Positions 10,956 through 20,370 of a stretch of 64,000 nt of DNA are shown here, in pieces. Below the pieces are notes generated by a model that made no database searches, had not been told where the DNA came from, and saw nothing but the letters and a program-made list of their open reading frames with translations. Where the stretch lies: the NCBI GenBank assembly GCA_008690995.1, contig VRMN01000001.1:2976001-3040000 (forward strand), in the 5' to 3' direction. Source of the DNA: Porphyridium purpureum (taxonomy: Eukaryota). Position 1 is the stretch's first letter, and each line of letters begins with the position of its first letter. The position numbers and the translations under genes were made by a program.

Positions 10956-11525
10956 TCAAAAGTAGTCGTCCTGTGCGGCAAGCGGCCACTCTAACTTCTC
11001 ACGGCGGCGAATGGCATCCGCGTCTTGTTTTTGAGCCAGCCGGGCGCGCTCAATTTCATCCGGTGTGACCTGCTGTAGCTTGGCACACAAGAAAACGTCG
11101 CGCGCAGGATCAATCTGGAAAGTCGAGTTGCAGTGAAACGGGCACGAGGGAGGAAAGAAAGATTGTATATACAATGTCAGGTTAGTCTCATCTGTCCAAC
11201 AAACTTCACACGGCAAAATGAATAGAACCACTCATGCCGTCGCCAAGCCGAGTGTTTGTGATGCTTCGAGACAAAGATCAAGACGCACCTCTCCAACAAG
11301 CATGACATTCTCGCCTCGCACTAAGAAGATACCCAACGGCACATCTGCAAATGCATGCTGCACCACCACGCGTTCCGCAGCGTCCTGCAGCACCACATTC
11401 GAATACTGGTCGAACGAGCGCAACTTGCCAACTATGTTCCGCCCGTCGCGCAGGCTCACCATCACACGTTTGTTGAGCTGCTCGGCAAGGCTGCATGCGC
11501 CCACGAGCTTATCGGCACCATCCAT
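10956..11525 (-). CDS. LSM1: Sm-like protein LSM1, 2 exons (11525-11289, 11114-10956)
   Basis: VSLRDGRNIVGKLRSFDQYSNVVLQ...GIFLVRGENVMLVGE, a 174-nt intron (GTGCGT..ACTAAC..CAG), then IDPARD...DDYF. Confidence 0.92.
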
Positions 11526-11833
11526 CGCCACAAACCCTCCCGCAGTGCCACCAAGCGCAATTGATCGACCGGGGAGTCCTGGATTCCGCACATCCACTCT
11601 CGAAAAAGTTCACACAGCAAAAAGCGGACGAGTCCTGCGCCCGGAAGGCGGGGGCAGCGTTGGAACGGCCTGGTGACGCATTTTAGATTGCGAGACATGG
11701 TTGGTCGCAAGGGGCTCAATCGCCACCTGTTTTCCTTATGCTGCGCTCCAGCCTTGTGTGAGGCATCGTGACGGTGCTGCCACCGCAACAACACGCAACA
11801 CACACGGCTTTCCAAGAATACTTTACGGGATTG

Positions 11834-13450
11834 TTATCGAAAAGGAGGAAGCGACGGTGACAGAGGTGGCGATGACTGCGCAGATCCTGCCGCGAGGCTC
11901 GTGCAGCGTCCCTGCATGCGCTTCTGATGCTTATTCAAGTTTGACCGCAGCGCAAACTTTCTGTGGCAAGTACATTCAAAGTCTTTCCGCTGCTCATGGA
12001 TCGTTCTGACGTGTGAAGACAAATGTCCAGACTGAGAGAAAGTAAGCGCACATATCTTGCAATTAAAGCGACGCTCTTTCTCGTGAATTGTTCGCGTATG
12101 GCGTCGCAATTCCTTATTTCCTGCGAAAACTTTTGCGCACTGGGCGCACATATACCGCTCCGCACGTGAGGCAGATTCGAGGCAAGAGGCGCCTTCGTCT
12201 GCTCCTGAGGTTGCTGGAGACCAATGCCCAGGCCGGACTGTATTGAGGTCGGCCATCAACCTACTATTCGAGTTATCGGATGAATGTACTGCAGACGTGT
12301 CGTATGAATTCGCGGCTTCAAAGGGACCCCACCTCCGGTCCTTTCCGGAAGCGCCATCCCTTCGAGCGTGTGCTGATTTGGATGCCGCCGCCACGCCATT
12401 CTTAGGGGGTACTTGAAGCATGTCGTGGTCAAACCCGTCTTGCAGGCTCTGCTGAAACATGGCAAAAACGTCTACGTCCTGAGTTGAAGTGCTCCACACA
12501 CCTCCTGCGTGGAGGGGGAGGCCTTGCACCGCATCAGCGCCGGTTCTTTCATTGCCCGCTTGCTCCTTCAACGCCGGCGAGTCCTCCAAAAGGCAACTGC
12601 GACGAGCGAACGCCACCTTACTGGTTCTATGAAAACAAAGCTGCTGCAGCTTCTGATAGTTCGCGTATTCGTGGCCCCAGTAAGCTTTGCAGCTAGTATT
12701 GACTACGTGTGAGAAAGTTCCACGGCCTGCACGGATATCGAGTGTCATCGATGTGGCACCTGGACTGAACGCACGGATACCGTTTCCCCATTCCTCCCAT
12801 GATAAGTCCACCGTCTTTGCAACCTCATCAAACGGTGGTGCGTCTGCCTCGTAAACGACCTTGACAAGCGTCTCGAAAGTGGCGCCGTTTGGACTGGCGG
12901 CAAGGCCCAAAAACTCGTCTACCTGTGGGTGTCCATTGATGTTGCGCTTCAGCATGAAGATTGGCTGACCGTCATGCGTGCGTCCTACCGCCAAGAACCC
13001 GTAACCCTGTGCGGCGCGGAACCCCACAAAGCGAAACGCAGGCCAAAGGGCCGACTCTTGCAGCGGCAGAGCGGTCATCGATGTGAAAAACGCACCATAC
13101 ACAAACGGGCCACGAGAGCCCTGATACAGAAACGCGGCCATTGCCGTTGGATTGAACAACTCGGACGTTGTGGTATCGACCACCAACGCGTTCTGAAAGT
13201 CCTCTCGCGACGGCATGTGCGCGAGGCGACAACCATCCATCTCGCTATCAGCCACCCTTTGTGACGACGGTTCAGAGAGCCTTCGGACTGCCGCCGCTGC
13301 TGCGGCCGCCTCCGCAGCAGCGCCGCCACCGTCATGCGGACTAAACACACGACGCGCGATTGCGCGACCGCCCTCATCGTCCCCCATCAACCAATGGTAA
13401 CACTCATCGCTCAGCGCCAGTCGCAACACGTTATCGGCCAGCTGCGGCAT
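11834..13450 (-). CDS. C2H2 zinc-finger protein (paralogue 1) with unrecognised N-terminal domain
   Basis: C-terminal fingers CAQC..HTRTIH, CKIC..HVRTIH and CTC..HQKRMQGRC. N-terminal blocks are shared with the 13928-15526 gene. Confidence 0.85.
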   Translation of the reverse strand: MPQLADNVLRLALSDECYHWLMGDDEGGRAIARRVFSPHDGGGAAAEAAAAAAAVRRLSEPSSQRVADSEMDGCRLAHMPSREDFQNALVVDTTTSELFNPTAMAAFLYQGSRGPFVYGAFFTSMTALPLQESALWPAFRFVGFRAAQGYGFLAVGRTHDGQPIFMLKRNINGHPQVDEFLGLAASPNGATFETLVKVVYEADAPPFDEVAKTVDLSWEEWGNGIRAFSPGATSMTLDIRAGRGTFSHVVNTSCKAYWGHEYANYQKLQQLCFHRTSKVAFARRSCLLEDSPALKEQAGNERTGADAVQGLPLHAGGVWSTSTQDVDVFAMFQQSLQDGFDHDMLQVPPKNGVAAASKSAHARRDGASGKDRRWGPFEAANSYDTSAVHSSDNSNSRLMADLNTVRPGHWSPATSGADEGASCLESASRAERYMCAQCAKVFAGNKELRRHTRTIHEKERRFNCKICALTFSQSGHLSSHVRTIHEQRKDFECTCHRKFALRSNLNKHQKRMQGRCTSLAAGSAQSSPPLSPSLPPFR

Positions 13451-13687
13451 CCTCACATTCGCTTGCACGACGAGACCTATGCCTTCACGTGCTTTCAAGC
13501 GTGGCCCGAGCGGTCACACCCTCTTCCTTCTTTTGAAGCAGCCTCGCGTTCCTTGTACACGTGTTTGTCAAACTCGCAAGAACGCAAATCATCCATGTGA
13601 CTGTCAATTTGACTTCGACGCAGCGCTGGGGTAGCCGAATGTATGGAATTGGTGGACTTGTCTGCCTCCCTGTGGAGGACGCACGAT

Positions 13688-13792
13688 ATGAACTGGGCAT
13701 GATCTGGGCGTGATCTGGGCATGAACTGGGCGTGAACTGGGCATGAACTGGGCATGAACTGGGCACGAACTGGGCACGAACTGGGCGCGAAC
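13688..13792. repeat. 11-bp minisatellite, 9 full copies plus a partial (consensus ATGAACTGGGC)
   Basis: Units read directly: ATGAACTGGGC, ATGATCTGGGC, GTGATCTGGGC, ATGAACTGGGC, GTGAACTGGGC, ATGAACTGGGC x2, ACGAACTGGGC x2, GCGAAC. Confidence 0.95.
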
Positions 13793-13927
13793 AAGATGGG
13801 CTAAAGATATCGTACTTATGATACAGGGAAGATTTATCAAGTGCTGGATGACTGCGCTCCGGCTGAGCGGTACTTGGTGAGGCACCGAAAGTGGCGCTCA
13901 ACGTGTATTGAAGTCACTGTGCGCCGG

Positions 13928-15526
13928 TCACGATTTCTCCAAGAGAGATGAATGCTGAGCTTCGCTTTCGCCACCTTCCGCGCATTCAGAGGAGATGGAA
14001 GCAGCAACAAAGAAAGAGGTTGGACATGTCTCTCCTCGACTACACCGTCCCTGCATCCGCCGCACGTGCTTGTTTAAATTTGAGCGAACGCCAAATTTTC
14101 TATGGCACGAGGCACACACAAAGTCTGCTCGAAGCTCGTGAACGCTGCGGACGTGGGTGAGTAGATGGCTGGACTGTGTGAATACTTTGCCGCAGTGCTT
14201 GCACTCGTGCGTTCTTGCACGCTTGTGGTCCGAGCGCAAATGCTGGCGAAGTTCACTTGGCCGTGAAAACCCGCGTCCGCATTCACCGCAACGTTGGGTT
14301 TGCGAGTGAGCATTAGGGGAACGGTCCACGTTGCGAATGATTGATTCTGGCTCGATTCCGTGCACAGTGTCGGCGTCGTTGCTCGAATGCGACGAATCAA
14401 GTACATTCATGAGTTCCTCCAGAGTATATTGGCTACCAAGATCGGCGCCATTCCAAAAGGATTCGGCTGAGATCCAATCGATGCCGAGCAATTGATACAA
14501 GCCCAATGGCACACTGCGTTGCGGCGCAGATATCCTACTCACTCGATCCAGAAACAATGCCTTGAGCTTGGGGAATTCAGGATAGTGTGAGCCAGTCACG
14601 GCGCCTAGCGCGAAGGGCGCCTTTTTCGAAAAAAGTTCCTCATCCTGGCCTGTGCGAATCGATATGAAGAACAGCGGGCTGTTCACACGCATCCGATTCC
14701 GCGACTCGATAAGACTTTGTGCCCAAACGGCCCAGGTAACCGGCTCGGCAAGCTGCGCGTCGCTAAAAAGTGCGCCGGCTTTGTGCCTCCATTCTTGCGC
14801 CCGCGCAGAACTGCACAGAGGCTCACAGGCACCGACAGATTCAAGCGCTTCAGCGCGCGTCTCTGGCGGCGAGCCGCTGACGTTCGAGTCGACATGGTCC
14901 GCGGCGTCGACAGAGCGGTCAGCAGGTTGAATAGAGACACGTAAATCAAACGCTACGCGCGTACCGTGGTAGCGTAGGTTGTGGTACTGATCCATTGCGA
15001 CCTTGCCAGAGTTGAGCGAGCGACTGAGTAAGGTAATAGGCAGTCCGTCTGAGTCGTGGCCCACGCACAGATATCCGTACCCCGCGCGCATGCGAAAACC
15101 CACGAAGCGATATGCTGGCCACGCGGTAACACCTGGCTTGAGCGGCAACACGCAGGCGTTCGTGAACATGGTGCCCAGTACGAAGCGTCCGACCTGTCCC
15201 TGAGGAAAGTAGACCGCACACAAGTTGGGACTAAGCGACGTGAAGTCTGCGTCGACAATGACCGCGGCATTCATCTCTGCCTGCGTGGGCACGTAGCTAA
15301 GGCGCGACTCGGACTCGTTGCTGCAGTCTGCCACAAGCGCAGCACCATGCCACTCCGGCTTTGCTGCCGCCGGTGGCGAGCGTGTCACGCCGCCAAACAT
15401 GCGCTCCGACAGCCGCGCGCCCGCGGCGTCACCAAAGAGCCATTCGTAGCAGTGGTCGCTCTGCGCAATCTTGAGTATCCGCTCGGCAGTGCGCGCAGAC
15501 GCCGACCCGCTGCCTACCGCGGCCAT
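13928..15526 (-). CDS. C2H2 zinc-finger protein (paralogue 2) with unrecognised N-terminal domain
   Basis: Fingers CGEC..HLRSDH, CKHC..HVRSVH and CASC..HVRRMQGRC. Tandem paralogue of 11834-13450. Confidence 0.85.
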   Translation of the reverse strand: MAAVGSGSASARTAERILKIAQSDHCYEWLFGDAAGARLSERMFGGVTRSPPAAAKPEWHGAALVADCSNESESRLSYVPTQAEMNAAVIVDADFTSLSPNLCAVYFPQGQVGRFVLGTMFTNACVLPLKPGVTAWPAYRFVGFRMRAGYGYLCVGHDSDGLPITLLSRSLNSGKVAMDQYHNLRYHGTRVAFDLRVSIQPADRSVDAADHVDSNVSGSPPETRAEALESVGACEPLCSSARAQEWRHKAGALFSDAQLAEPVTWAVWAQSLIESRNRMRVNSPLFFISIRTGQDEELFSKKAPFALGAVTGSHYPEFPKLKALFLDRVSRISAPQRSVPLGLYQLLGIDWISAESFWNGADLGSQYTLEELMNVLDSSHSSNDADTVHGIEPESIIRNVDRSPNAHSQTQRCGECGRGFSRPSELRQHLRSDHKRARTHECKHCGKVFTQSSHLLTHVRSVHELRADFVCASCHRKFGVRSNLNKHVRRMQGRCSRGETCPTSFFVAASISSECAEGGESEAQHSSLLEKS

Positions 15527-17446
15527 CCCGTCATGATCCGGTGCACATCCACACGTCGCGTATTCCTCGCCACCCTCGTCCAATCTCGCTTCCACCCACA
15601 CGCAAGTTCCGTTGCAGTCACTTGACCATCTTCATCAACACAATCGTTACCCAACATGCGCAACGCTCCTTTCCGCGCTATGGCGGAATGGGCACCAAAT
15701 TCACGATGAGACGAGGCAGTTGCGTGCGGATTGTGTCGGACGTTGGGTGTCGGGTGTCTGCCACACGCAAGACGCCGAAAAGCGCGTCGCGCTGAGCCAG
15801 AAACCTGCAGCCGCGAGTATCGGCGCACAGCCGCAGCCGCAGCAAGAGCAGCGGCGGGTGCGCGCGACGCAGTGCAACCTGCACTTGCACGCGGACACTC
15901 ACACATCGAGTGGTGTCAACGAGACTACGGCCCAGACCATTCCGTCACACGCTCCGCACGCAACCCCGTTCTGCGCGTCCCACGCAGTTCACACACAAAA
16001 AAGCACACAAACACACACACACGCGTTACTCACTTTTCCAAACAAAAGTCACGTGTTTTCTGCTACGACGCTGGAACTTCATCATCATCATCATCATCAG
16101 AGCACATGAAATTTGAAGATCAGGTACAGTTTGTACAGCTGGTGAGGTGCGGCGCTGAATGAATTTTTTCCTTCTGGATTGCACAGCGGCCGCTTTACAG
16201 GAGTAGACGCTAATGCCGTTCATAGAAGAAGCGGGCTGGTTGGTGAGGCTAAAATTCACCACCGATGTGGGCCGCTGTTGCGTGGTGGAATATTGCCACA
16301 TGAAGACGGTACGTGACCGGAAACGATCGTCCACCCAGTAAAAAAGAACGGCACGCTTGCCAGGTTTCAGACTGTTGCGGCACGCGATCACATATCGCGT
16401 CTCCAGTAGCTTGCACTTGTCCAGTCGCGAGCCGCACGCCGTTCCGAATGCTTCCGCGGAGGGACTGTGAAACGATTTCGCCGTAGCGGGCTCATGGCCG
16501 CGCAGGATGCCGCCGTCCGCTCAGCGCGATGCCCCGTGCCCGAGCTCGTGATCGAGCCGCAGGTTTTCGAACACAGATCTTGGAGTCGCTCGGCGGCATG
16601 AAGCCGGCTCCTCTCGGTGCAGGCAGCTCCTCGCGCGCGCTTTGTGGCGTATGGCATATCCCGGCAGTACCGGTGGTCGCCGACCGCGCCAGCATGCTCT
16701 GCGATATGGAGTCGGGGCCTCTGTTCGTGGCTACCGCTGGACGCGCACCCATGAACGGACACAAGACGTCCCTGGGTGCCGGTGAACTCTAATGCATGGA
16801 CCCTTTTGAGCGAGTTCTGCCAGTCAACGACGTGATCTTGCAAGACATTCTTGACACCCGCGACAGTCTAGCCCATCCCTCTGTGACATTTGACCCGATG
16901 CGAGCGCTCGGCCTGGCCGACGTGCGGTCTGGGGCGCCGGCGTGCGGTCTGGGGCGCTGGGTGCGTTGCAGCGGACGCGCTGCACCGGAGCGCGCCGTGG
17001 CGCTATCGCACATCGCACGGACAAGAGCGAGCAGGACGGCCGTTCCATGTGGCATGCGGCTCTGCAGCCGTCGTTCTCGCGCGAGTCTGCGCACCTCACT
17101 GCTTGGCAGGTCACGACGCGCCAGATGCATGCACTGTACACCCCGAAGGGTTATCTGCAGTCACTTAACCGCCTGAGCGCGTATGCTGAAGTAGGCGGAG
17201 TACTGGCAGGAGTCTCCAGGTGGAGCGTTGCATACTGCCGCGTGCTGCTATGCAACGCGCGCCGCTCAATCAGCGCGGTGTGTCTAGCTCCGCGTCAAAC
17301 TATGAGGATAGGCGCGTGTCTCGCACGCACAGACAGGCAGTGAGGTGCGTGTTGCTTTGTGGTTTGGAGGTGAGACCGCAGTGGTTTTGAGGGGGGCGGG
17401 AGAGACACTCAGAGGGACTCCGAGTGGCAGTTAACGCAAGCCCATC

Positions 17447-19039
17447 ATGGTGGGCGTGAAGAGCTTGCCACGCTTTTGGCAAGACGGGCGCGTCCCTCGT
17501 TGGGTCATCTGGTGGGCTGGCTGTACGACCGCGCTCGCACTAGTGGGCGGAGCGCTCGTACGGCCACGCGGCGGCGCCGCGCTTGAGACATGGCGTCTCG
17601 GGCGCGTAGAATCCGGACGGTTTTCGGCTACGCCGCCATGGTCGTCGTACAATCCCCGCGCGTTTGTGCATTTTGACTTGTGCACGGACTTTGAGGCAGT
17701 GCTTGATCAGAATTGGAGCCCGCGCGACCTGGAGCTCACGCTTTTCGACCTGAAAAGCAACATCTCCAAGATGAAACCGCAGGAAGTATCTCTGCGGCGC
17801 AGGCAGCTCGCATGCCTGTTCTGGCAGCTGCACGACGCGTATGCAGCCGCACACATCGAGATGGACCCGGCGCTGCTCACGCTGCTGCATGACGTGATGA
17901 TGGATTACTGGAGATCATACCGGGACCGGGCGCGGAGGAAACTTTGGATGTATCACTTCCACATCAGCAAGGCCGGCGGTACGCACTTTTGTCGAGTGGC
18001 CAGGCGCAACGGCTGCACGGAGCCCGGCGTGGTTAACACACCCCATGCAATACCCGCAACGAACTGCCTGGCAAAGGATCTGGGGGACGGGCCGAGCTGG
18101 AACCCAGGGAATGTGGGCAGGCTGCCGAATGCAAGCGAAGGTCACCGGTCATGCCGCGGGCGAAAAGAGTATCTGACCGCCGTGGGAGTGAATTATGAGG
18201 CAAATGAAAAGTGGGCCAGCGCACCAGACGACGACCCTACTTGCTCAGACGATGCTTTATCGTACACTGTTCTGCGCGATCCCGTGGAGCGCACAGTTTC
18301 CATGCTGTCCAATTCGAAACCGTCCCTTATTGTGGACCACGTGTGTCCCGGAGTTGACCCGCAGAACCAGTCTCGCGTGGTGTTCGATCCGGAATGTGTC
18401 CTGGAGCTGAAGTACTATTCGACTGACAACTACCAGGTGCGTATGCTGGGAGGCTTTCAGGCAGCGAACCGGCCGCTAGGGGGTGTTCTGGATGAGGACG
18501 TGAATCAGGCAAAGCGTCTGACGCGAATGCTGGACACCCTCTTCATTCAGCACGGAGGCGAACCGCAGTTTATGGCTTCGGATAGTTCGCACTTGGCGCT
18601 TGGGCTCGGCTTTGATGTCTTCCGCAACATGACGGTGCACAAGCGCAAGGAAGCGCACGGTTGGAGCGTGGAAGACTTTATGTTCACGGATCATCACTAT
18701 GAGGTTCTGAGGAAGCGGAATGAAAAGGACTACGAACTTTTTAGGTATGGCTTTGCTCTGTGGGAGCTGGACCATTTCTTGATGCACCACACCGAACTGG
18801 TGTGCGCACAAACCCTAGGGGCAGGTGTTAAAGTCCCATACGCGGGCTCACTGACCTGCAAAATGCTGCACGCAGATGTTGACCCGCTGCGACAGGGCCC
18901 CGGCCGTTTCCCGAAAGGGATTGATCACGCCACAACCGGGATGTGGAGGCCGTCTTCGTGCGGCTGTGGGTTTGTTGGGCATTCGCACGTTCCTAGGCCG
19001 GAATGTCTGGACGACTTTGTACAGCTGCTGCCGCATTGA
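17447..19039 (+). CDS. Type II membrane sulfotransferase-like protein (PAPS-dependent)
   Basis: N-terminal hydrophobic anchor, 5'-PSB-like HFHISKAGGT, 3'-PB-like LRDPVERTVS and late N..DYELF motif. Confidence 0.75.
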   Translation: MVGVKSLPRFWQDGRVPRWVIWWAGCTTALALVGGALVRPRGGAALETWRLGRVESGRFSATPPWSSYNPRAFVHFDLCTDFEAVLDQNWSPRDLELTLFDLKSNISKMKPQEVSLRRRQLACLFWQLHDAYAAAHIEMDPALLTLLHDVMMDYWRSYRDRARRKLWMYHFHISKAGGTHFCRVARRNGCTEPGVVNTPHAIPATNCLAKDLGDGPSWNPGNVGRLPNASEGHRSCRGRKEYLTAVGVNYEANEKWASAPDDDPTCSDDALSYTVLRDPVERTVSMLSNSKPSLIVDHVCPGVDPQNQSRVVFDPECVLELKYYSTDNYQVRMLGGFQAANRPLGGVLDEDVNQAKRLTRMLDTLFIQHGGEPQFMASDSSHLALGLGFDVFRNMTVHKRKEAHGWSVEDFMFTDHHYEVLRKRNEKDYELFRYGFALWELDHFLMHHTELVCAQTLGAGVKVPYAGSLTCKMLHADVDPLRQGPGRFPKGIDHATTGMWRPSSCGCGFVGHSHVPRPECLDDFVQLLPH

Positions 19040-19428
19040 ATAGGAAGCGTGAGAATCCGAGGGGGTCGGCTTGTTTGCGTGCGCAACATATTTCCTGCGT
19101 CCAGGCCATGACTATTCACCCGTGGCAGAATACGGCCTAGAAGGCGTGGAAAATACCAGTGCCGGTAGCGAGTGTGCGCGCGTTGGTGCCGCACCGACGC
19201 TGGTCGATGCTTTACAGAATCATGCGGCAGCAAGTCGCACTACTGCTCTTATTTCAGAAGTGTTTGTGTTCACAACGTAAACGTGATTTTTCTTTCAGAG
19301 AGCAAGAAAGCGGGAGAGCGGGTTGGAGCGCTTTGGTGGTGTGAGAGGGAAGGGAGTGTGGCGAGAGCGATTGGAGGGGTGGGAGCATTTGAGCGGGGAG
19401 GGAGCGAGAGCGCGCGAGAGGCTGCGGG

Positions 19429-19716
19429 ATGGCGGGAGTGTTGGGACGGTGGGGAAGCGTGGTCCGCGCGGGCGCGCAAGCGTCGCGCGCGCCACGGGCA
19501 CAGATCCAAGTCCAGTCGCGCAGGAACATGGCGGGTGGAGGCGACCACGGACACGAAAAGATTTCGTGGGCCGATTATAGGGCGGGCAAGTACACGCTTC
19601 AGGAGTGGCAGGACGCAAACCGCCCGATCATTGTGGGAATTGTTTTCGCTGCGTCGGCTTTATTGTACGTGGTCTTGAAGCCCAAGAAGAAGCAGGCGCC
19701 GCCAACCAGCGAGTAG
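19429..19716 (+). CDS. Small single-pass protein with probable mitochondrial presequence
   Basis: Arg-rich, acid-free N-terminus ending SRRNM-AGGGDHGH, one TM helix (IIVGIVFAASALLYVVL) and a basic tail. Confidence 0.65.
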   Translation: MAGVLGRWGSVVRAGAQASRAPRAQIQVQSRRNMAGGGDHGHEKISWADYRAGKYTLQEWQDANRPIIVGIVFAASALLYVVLKPKKKQAPPTSE

Positions 19717-20370
19717 ACAGAGGAGCGGGTCCGGCGTGACCGCGAGCCTTTGCGCCCGAGACCCTGCGTATCTTTATGGCGCGTGCTAGTAGTGAGGAAG
19801 ACTGTTTCCATCATTCTCTTGGTAGTGGCGACACTTTGTGCACTGGGGGTGAATGAAAGGGCAGTCGGCGCTGCGTTGGGGTTCTAAAGCCGTTTGTCAT
19901 TCTCCCAGGCTTGTCGCGAGCCGCGTCGCTTGCGGTCAAAACGCAGTGGTCTAATGCTTGTCCCCAAAGACTGGCATGTCCTTTGCCACGACGTGGCTGC
20001 AAAGCCAGGTGCCTCCGTCTGGCACCCAAAAACAAACAAACAAACAAGCGAAGGAAAAAGAACAGAAAAAAAAAGAAAGAAAAGAAAGAATGTCATCTGC
20101 GCGGGCACGGAACTTTAGACCAAGGAGATAGCAGGCACGTGCGGCCGACCAGGGTAGTGTTGCGGCGTGCCGCAAAGGCTCGTGCAGGTTTAAACCATTT
20201 ACTCGTAAATTCCATCGAACTCTTGAAAATGTGACCCGGATTCTTCGACTGTAGTGTCCTCCTCCAGTAACCGAGCCGGTATCAGATTGTGTCGCGCGGG
20301 AACAGAAATGTTACATCACTTTAAACACATAAGAGTTCTGCAATCTTCAGACCTGCCCCCCACGTTCTAC

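Noticed and set aside
11162..11175. Palindrome ATTGTATATACAAT in the LSM1 intron
   Set aside because: AT-rich and short. It could be a hairpin between branch point and acceptor, but chance cannot be excluded.
13688..13792. CRISPR-like array or repetitive peptide ORFs over the 11-mer repeat
   Set aside because: Units are contiguous with no spacers, there are no cas genes and the context is eukaryotic. The ORFs are artefacts of a stop-poor repeat.
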